From Squalus acanthias (Eukaryota), in the NCBI GenBank assembly GCA_030390025.1, contig JASTWF010000360.1, positions 248,001 through 312,000 of the forward strand: a stretch of 64,000 nucleotides of DNA. Reading direction: 5' to 3'. Below the pieces are notes generated by a model. The model was not told the DNA's origin. It searched no databases and saw nothing but the letters and a program-made list of their open reading frames with translations. The translations under genes were made by a program, and so were the position numbers. Position 1 is the stretch's first letter, and each line of letters opens with the position of its first letter. Below, piece after piece: positions 58,753 to 64,000 of the stretch.

Positions 58753-59298
58753 GGGGGAAAAATTCAGTATCGCCCCGTTTGGGGCGCAATTATCGGCCGG
58801 GTGCAAAGATTAGCGCCTGGCGCTAATTATCGCCTCCGACTGCAAACTTGACTTTTATCGCCCCTGGAGGTGATTGGAGCGCTAAATCAGGCGCTTCACA
58901 CCTGTCTGAAGGCGCAAAGGCCGAGGAGCGAGGCGCTAACCCAGAGCGCTGGCGAAGCTCATGTGATGTCAGTCAGCAATGGAATACACACACAATGGCC
59001 CCGGCCAGTTCTTAAAGGGAGGGTTGATCTTGCTTTCCATCCACATCCTGCTCATTGCAGCCTTGAATCTGGGCCTGGAGAGGCCTATACATCAAATCTG
59101 CTGGAAAGAACAATAGAGAGGTCCAGGGAAAGAGCTCAGAGTACAGTCCCCACATTCTCTTCTAAATCGATACAAGGAAGGGCAAATCAAAATGAACCTG
59201 CAAAATGTCTAGGTAATTTCGCGAGCGACGCAAACATCGCCGCAGCCGGGTGCTTGTTGCTTTGCGCCTCATTAGCGCAACCAACTGAATTTTCCCCC
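58753..59298. mobile_element. MITE-like element, probably Harbinger-derived
   Basis: TIRs GGGGGAAAAATTCAGT / ACTGAATTTTCCCCC; no clean TSD. Confidence 0.7.
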
Positions 59299-62190
59299 AT
59301 AGAGTCATAACGGCACAGAAGGAGGCCATTCGGCCCATCGAGTCCATGCCAGCTCTCTGTGGAGCAATCCAGTCTGTCCCATTGCCCCGCTCTATCCCCG
59401 TAGCCCTGCAAGTTTATTTCCCTCAAGCGCCTATCCAGTCTCCCCTTGAAAACATTGAGTGTCTCCACTTCCACCACTTCCGTCGGCAGCGAGTTCCAGG
59501 TCCTCACCACTCGCTGCGTAAAAAAGTTTTTCCTCACATCCCCCCTGTATCTCTTGCCCAAAACCTTAAATCTGTGTCCCCTAGTCCTTGTACCATCAAC
59601 TAGTGGGAACAGCCTTTCCCCGTCTAGCCTATCCAAACCCGTCATAATCTTGTACACCTCTATCAAATCACCCCTCAACCTCCTTTGCTCTAATGAAAAC
59701 AAATCCAGCTTCTCCAACCTGTCCTTGTAGCTAAGAACCCCCATCTCCGGAACCATTCTGGTAAATCTCCACTGCACTCTCTCAAGAGCCTTCACATCCT
59801 TCCTAAAGTGTGGTGACCAGAACTGGACGCAATACTCCAGTTGTGGCCTAACTAGCGCTTTATAAAGGTTCAGCATAACTTCTCTACTTTTGTACTCAAT
59901 ACCTCTATTTATGAAGCCCAAGATCCCATATGCTTTGCTAACCACTCTTTCAATATGTCCTGCCACCTTCAGGGACCGATGCACATTAACTCCCAGGTCC
60001 CTCTGTCCCTGCAAACTCTTTAAAACTTGCCATTAAGTGTATATTGCCTCTCCCTGTTCCTTCTGCCAAAATGCATCACCTCACACTTATCTGTATTAAA
60101 TTCCATCTGCCACTTGTCTGCCCATTCTGCTAGCCTTTCTATGTCCTGCTGCAGTTCATTAGTATCATCCTCACTGTTTGCCAAACCCCCAAGTTTGGTG
60201 TCATCGGCAAATTTAGAAATTCTACTCTGAATTCCAGTATCCAGGTCATTTATATATGTCAATAAAAGCAGTGGCCCCAGCACTGACCCTTGGGGAACAC
60301 CACTGTCTACCATCCTCCAGTCTCTAAACAGCCATTTACCACAACTCGCTGTTTTCTGTCCTTAAGCCAATTCCTTATCCAAGCTGCCACTGACACACCT
60401 ATTCCATGAGCCTCAATTTTGTTAATCAGCCTTCTATGTGGTACTTTGTCAAACGCCTTCCTAAAATCCATGTAGACAACATCCATTGCATTCCCTTCAT
60501 CAATCCTCCCTGTTATTTCGTCAAAAAATTCAATTAGATTAGTCAAACACGATCCGCCTTTTACAAACCCGTGTTGGCTCTCCTTAATTAGCTTAAACCT
60601 CTCCAAGTGCCCGTTAATTTTTTCCTTGATTATTGTTTCTAAAACTTTACCCACCACTGATGTTAAACTGACCGACCTGTAGTTACTAGGATTGTCCTTA
60701 CACCCCTTCTTGAACAATGGTGTCACATTTGCCACTTTCCAATCCTCAGGCACCTCCCCCGCATCTAGGGAAGATTGGAAAATTATGACAAGCCCTTCTG
60801 CTATCTCCTCCCCCAATTCCCTTAGCAACCTGGGTTGCAAGCCATCTGGACCAGGCGACTTGTCCACTCTAAGCATACCCAGTCTTTCTAGTACATCCTG
60901 GCTATCAATTTTCACCCCTTCCATTGCTTCTCCCTTTTCCGCTTCTACCGATATTTTGTCAGCATCCACCTCCTTAGTAAACACCGATACAAAGTACTCA
61001 TTGAGTATTCTATCCTTGCCCTGCACCTCTAAGCATATAACACCTTCTTTGTCCCTAATAGGCCCCACCCCGCCTCTTACTACCCGCTTACTGTTTACAT
61101 GCCGGTTGAAGATGTTTGGGTTCCCTTTTATGTTAACCGCCATTCTACTCTCATATTCTCTCTTTGTCAATCTTATTTTCATCTTCACTTCCCCTCTCAA
61201 CTTATTGTATTTGGTCTGGTTCTCCCTTGAAGAATTCACCTGACATGCATCAAACACCCTCTTTTTATGTTTCATCATCTTCTCTATCTCCCTCGTCATC
61301 CAAGGAGCCCTTGCTTTGGTTCCCTTACCCTTCCCTCTTGTTGGAATATACCTAGCCTGTACTTGGAACACCTCCTCCTTAACGATCACCCATTGTTCCG
61401 TTACAGTTTTTCCTGTCAGTCTTTGGTTCAATTTTACCCTGGCTAGATCCTTTTGCATCCCATTGAAGTTAGCCCTATTCCAGTTTGGAAGTTCCACTCT
61501 AGATTGTTCCTTGCTCCTCTCCATTGCTAATCTAAATCTTATGATATGATGATCACTCGTACCCAATTGTTCTCCCACAAACACATGGTCGACCTGGCTC
61601 ACCTCATTCCCCAGCACCAGATCCAGCAATGCCTCCTTCCTAGTTGGGCCAAGAACATACTGGTCAAGGAAATTCTCGTGAACACATTTCAGAAATTCCA
61701 CCCCCTCCTTTCCCTTTACCCTAGCATTATCCCAATCGATATTTGGGTAATTAAAGTCCCCCAATATCACCACTCTATTGCTCTTGCATATCTCTGCGAT
61801 TTCCTTGCAGATTTCCTCCTCTACCTCCTTCTCACTATTTGGAGACCTGTAGAATACCCCCAATAGCGTGATCATACCCTTTTTGCTCCTCAACTCTAAC
61901 CAAATGGATTCTGTCCTCGTCCCCTCAAGAACATCCTCCCTTTCCAACACTACAATGTCTTCCTTAATCAGCGCTGCCACCCCACCTCCCTTTTTTCCTT
62001 CCCTATCTTTTCTGAACACCTTGTACCCTTGAATATGAAGTGTCCAGTCCTCACCGTTTTTAAGCCACGGTTCTATTATTGCCACAACATCATATTGTCA
62101 CACGGCTAATTGTGCCTGTAGCTCACCAACCTTATTCACCACACTTTGTGCGTTTACGTACATGCATTCTAAACCCATTTTTGAATTTTT
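59299..62190 (-). mobile_element. CR1 LINE with nearly complete ORF2 broken by two frameshifts
   Basis: ORFs 60307-62085 (APE and RT start), 60020-60313 (FADD) and 59187-60014 (C-terminus). Confidence 0.93.
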
Positions 62191-62344
62191 TGTTGTCTTT
62201 CTTAGTCTGCTCCTATCTAATATGTTACTACTTCCGCCTCTAGTACTGCTTTCTAAGAACTTTCTGTTCCTTAATGTCTATATAAAAAAGTCTAGTTGTG
62301 CAAATATTTGCTATTTTATGAACAATTGGCAAATGCATCACCCT

Positions 62345-62945
62345 GAACGATAAAAACGATTGAGTGACCGCTTTGCGGAACACCTCCGTTCAGTCCGTAA
62401 GGGTGACCCCAAGCTTCTGGTCACCTGTCACTTTAATTCTCCGCTCCACTCCCACTCAGACCTCACCATCCTCGGCCTCTTACACTGTTCCAATGAAGCT
62501 CAACGTAAGCTCGAGGAACAGCACCTCATCTTTCGATTCGGCACTTCACAGCCTTCTGGACTCAACATCGAGTTCAACATTTATAGACTATAAATTGGCC
62601 CCTGTATTTCTTTCTTTTATTTTCTATTGTTTCCGCACATGGTAGCTGTTAATGTTACTGCCATCATCATCCACACATCATCTAGAGCCATCTTTTGTTT
62701 CTTAACTTGTCCCATTACCTCCTTTTGCCTGGCACTATCATCCCTTTTGTCAGTCAATCTCTCCTGCCTTCCATCCTATCACAGACCTTCCCTTTGTTCT
62801 TTCCTCCCCTCCTCCCTGCCCCTGCTTAAAAATCTCTCTTCCCGAACCTGTTCCAGTTCTGACGAAGGGTTCGACCCAAAACGTTGACTCTGTTTCGCTT
62901 CTCCTCAATGCTGCCTGACCTGTTGAGTATTTCCTGCACTTTATG
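62345..62945 (+). mobile_element. Penelope-like element 3' fragment (GIY-YIG C-terminus and hammerhead-like motif)
   Basis: RFAEHLRSV...HFNS..H...RKLEEQHLIFRFGTSQPSGLNIEF; CTGACGA-stem-AAAAC at 62859-62882. Confidence 0.85.
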
Positions 62946-62992
62946 CTGTTATACCACTATGCAACCATTCCCGCTAGATTAATAGAGACTTA

Positions 62993-63662
62993 GGGCTGGA
63001 TTTTGATACTGGGGCGGGTTGGGGTTGTGTTATCCACCCGACTACAATTGGATGCGGGAGATTGATGCAATTTTCACCTAATTGGGCAATTGAGTTCCAG
63101 CATGTGGGAACCCATGAACCAATTAGTGTTTTCAGTCTGAAAGTCGCCTCTGATGATGTCATCATTGCTGCTGCATTGAAGGTCTTCAAACACTGCCCGG
63201 CCTTTGCTGTGAGAGGACCTGCAGGCAAAATGAGCAGCAGCCCTAAGTCTGAGAGAGAGAGAAAGAGAGAGAGATTGTTTTTTTGCACCACCACTCCCAG
63301 ATGCCTGCCAGCCACTCACTCACTGATAGTCAGCCCAGCCACTGATAGTCAGCTATCCAAATGTGCTCCCGCCAGGTTTCACAATCGTGGTTCAGAATAG
63401 GCGTGCTTCACATAGAACAAGGGTTGAAATCACAAAGGCCTTTCAAAATGGCATTATAGAGCCAATTTAGTGCTTGTTAAGGGCCTTAACAGCCTATCCC
63501 GCCTCTTAAAGACGAGACGGAGTCGGGACCAGCAGACACGATTTAATCAAAATTGCGTGGAGGCGGGATGGAGGCAGACTTGTGGCCGCCCGCCAGTTTT
63601 TGCAATTTTAACCCCCCACACGCCTCCAAACCCGCCTCCACGGGTCAATGAAAATCCAGCCC
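62993..63662. mobile_element. Harbinger-type MITE
   Basis: TIR GGGCTGGATTTT / AAAATCCAGCCC, 3-bp TSD TTA. Confidence 0.9.
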
Positions 63663-64000
63663 TTAGAGTACAAAAGCAAGGAAGCTTTGCTAAACCTTTT
63701 ATAAATCACTAGTTAGGCCTCAGTGGAGTATTGTGTTCAATTCTGGGTACCACACTTTAGGAAGGATGTTAAAGCATTGGAGACGGTGCAGAGGAGATTG
63801 ACCAGGATGGTAGCAGGGATGAGGGACTTCAGTTACGTGGAGAGACTGGAGAAGCTGGGATTGTTCTCCTTAGAGCAGAGAAGGTTAAGGGGAGATTGAC
63901 CAGAATGGTACCAGAGATGAGGGACTTCAGTTACGTGGAGAGACTGGAGAAGCTGGGATTGTTCTCCTTAGAGCAGAGAAGGTTAAGGGGAGATTGACCA
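63663..64000 (+). mobile_element. CR1 fragment turning into a 98-bp tandem repeat
   Basis: GAGATTGACC recurs at 63794, 63892 and 63990. Confidence 0.85.

Overview
Repeat-dense vertebrate DNA, most likely from a cartilaginous fish (inferred from CR1 dominance and a SacSINE1/Deu-type SINE). Three things stand out. (1) A 12.6-kb, apparently intact and very young endogenous retrovirus (3283-15903, +). It has 1621-bp LTRs with one visible mismatch, an ACAC target-site duplication (TSD), a tRNA-Arg(TCG) primer-binding site (PBS), gag joined in frame to pol by a UGA-CUAG readthrough stop, and two RNase H domains. Its Env looks like a Mononegavirales-type class I fusion protein preceded by an Ig-like domain, which fits a lokiretrovirus-like architecture. 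Two older solo LTRs of the same family are also present. (2) A tandem FAM111-like serine protease locus on the minus strand. One complete two-exon CDS (54479-54402 spliced to 50814-49057, 611 aa) and the first coding exon of a paralog (2724-2647) are present; the two first exons differ only in amino-acid-changing codons. (3) An inverted duplication of a CCAAT-rich CpG-island promoter (about 37.1-38.4 kb and 43.0-43.8 kb). The remainder is CR1, L2, RTE, Penelope and Harbinger elements plus three minisatellite families amplified from pieces of retroposons. All family assignments come from reading motifs, not from database searches; boundaries of old fragments are approximate.
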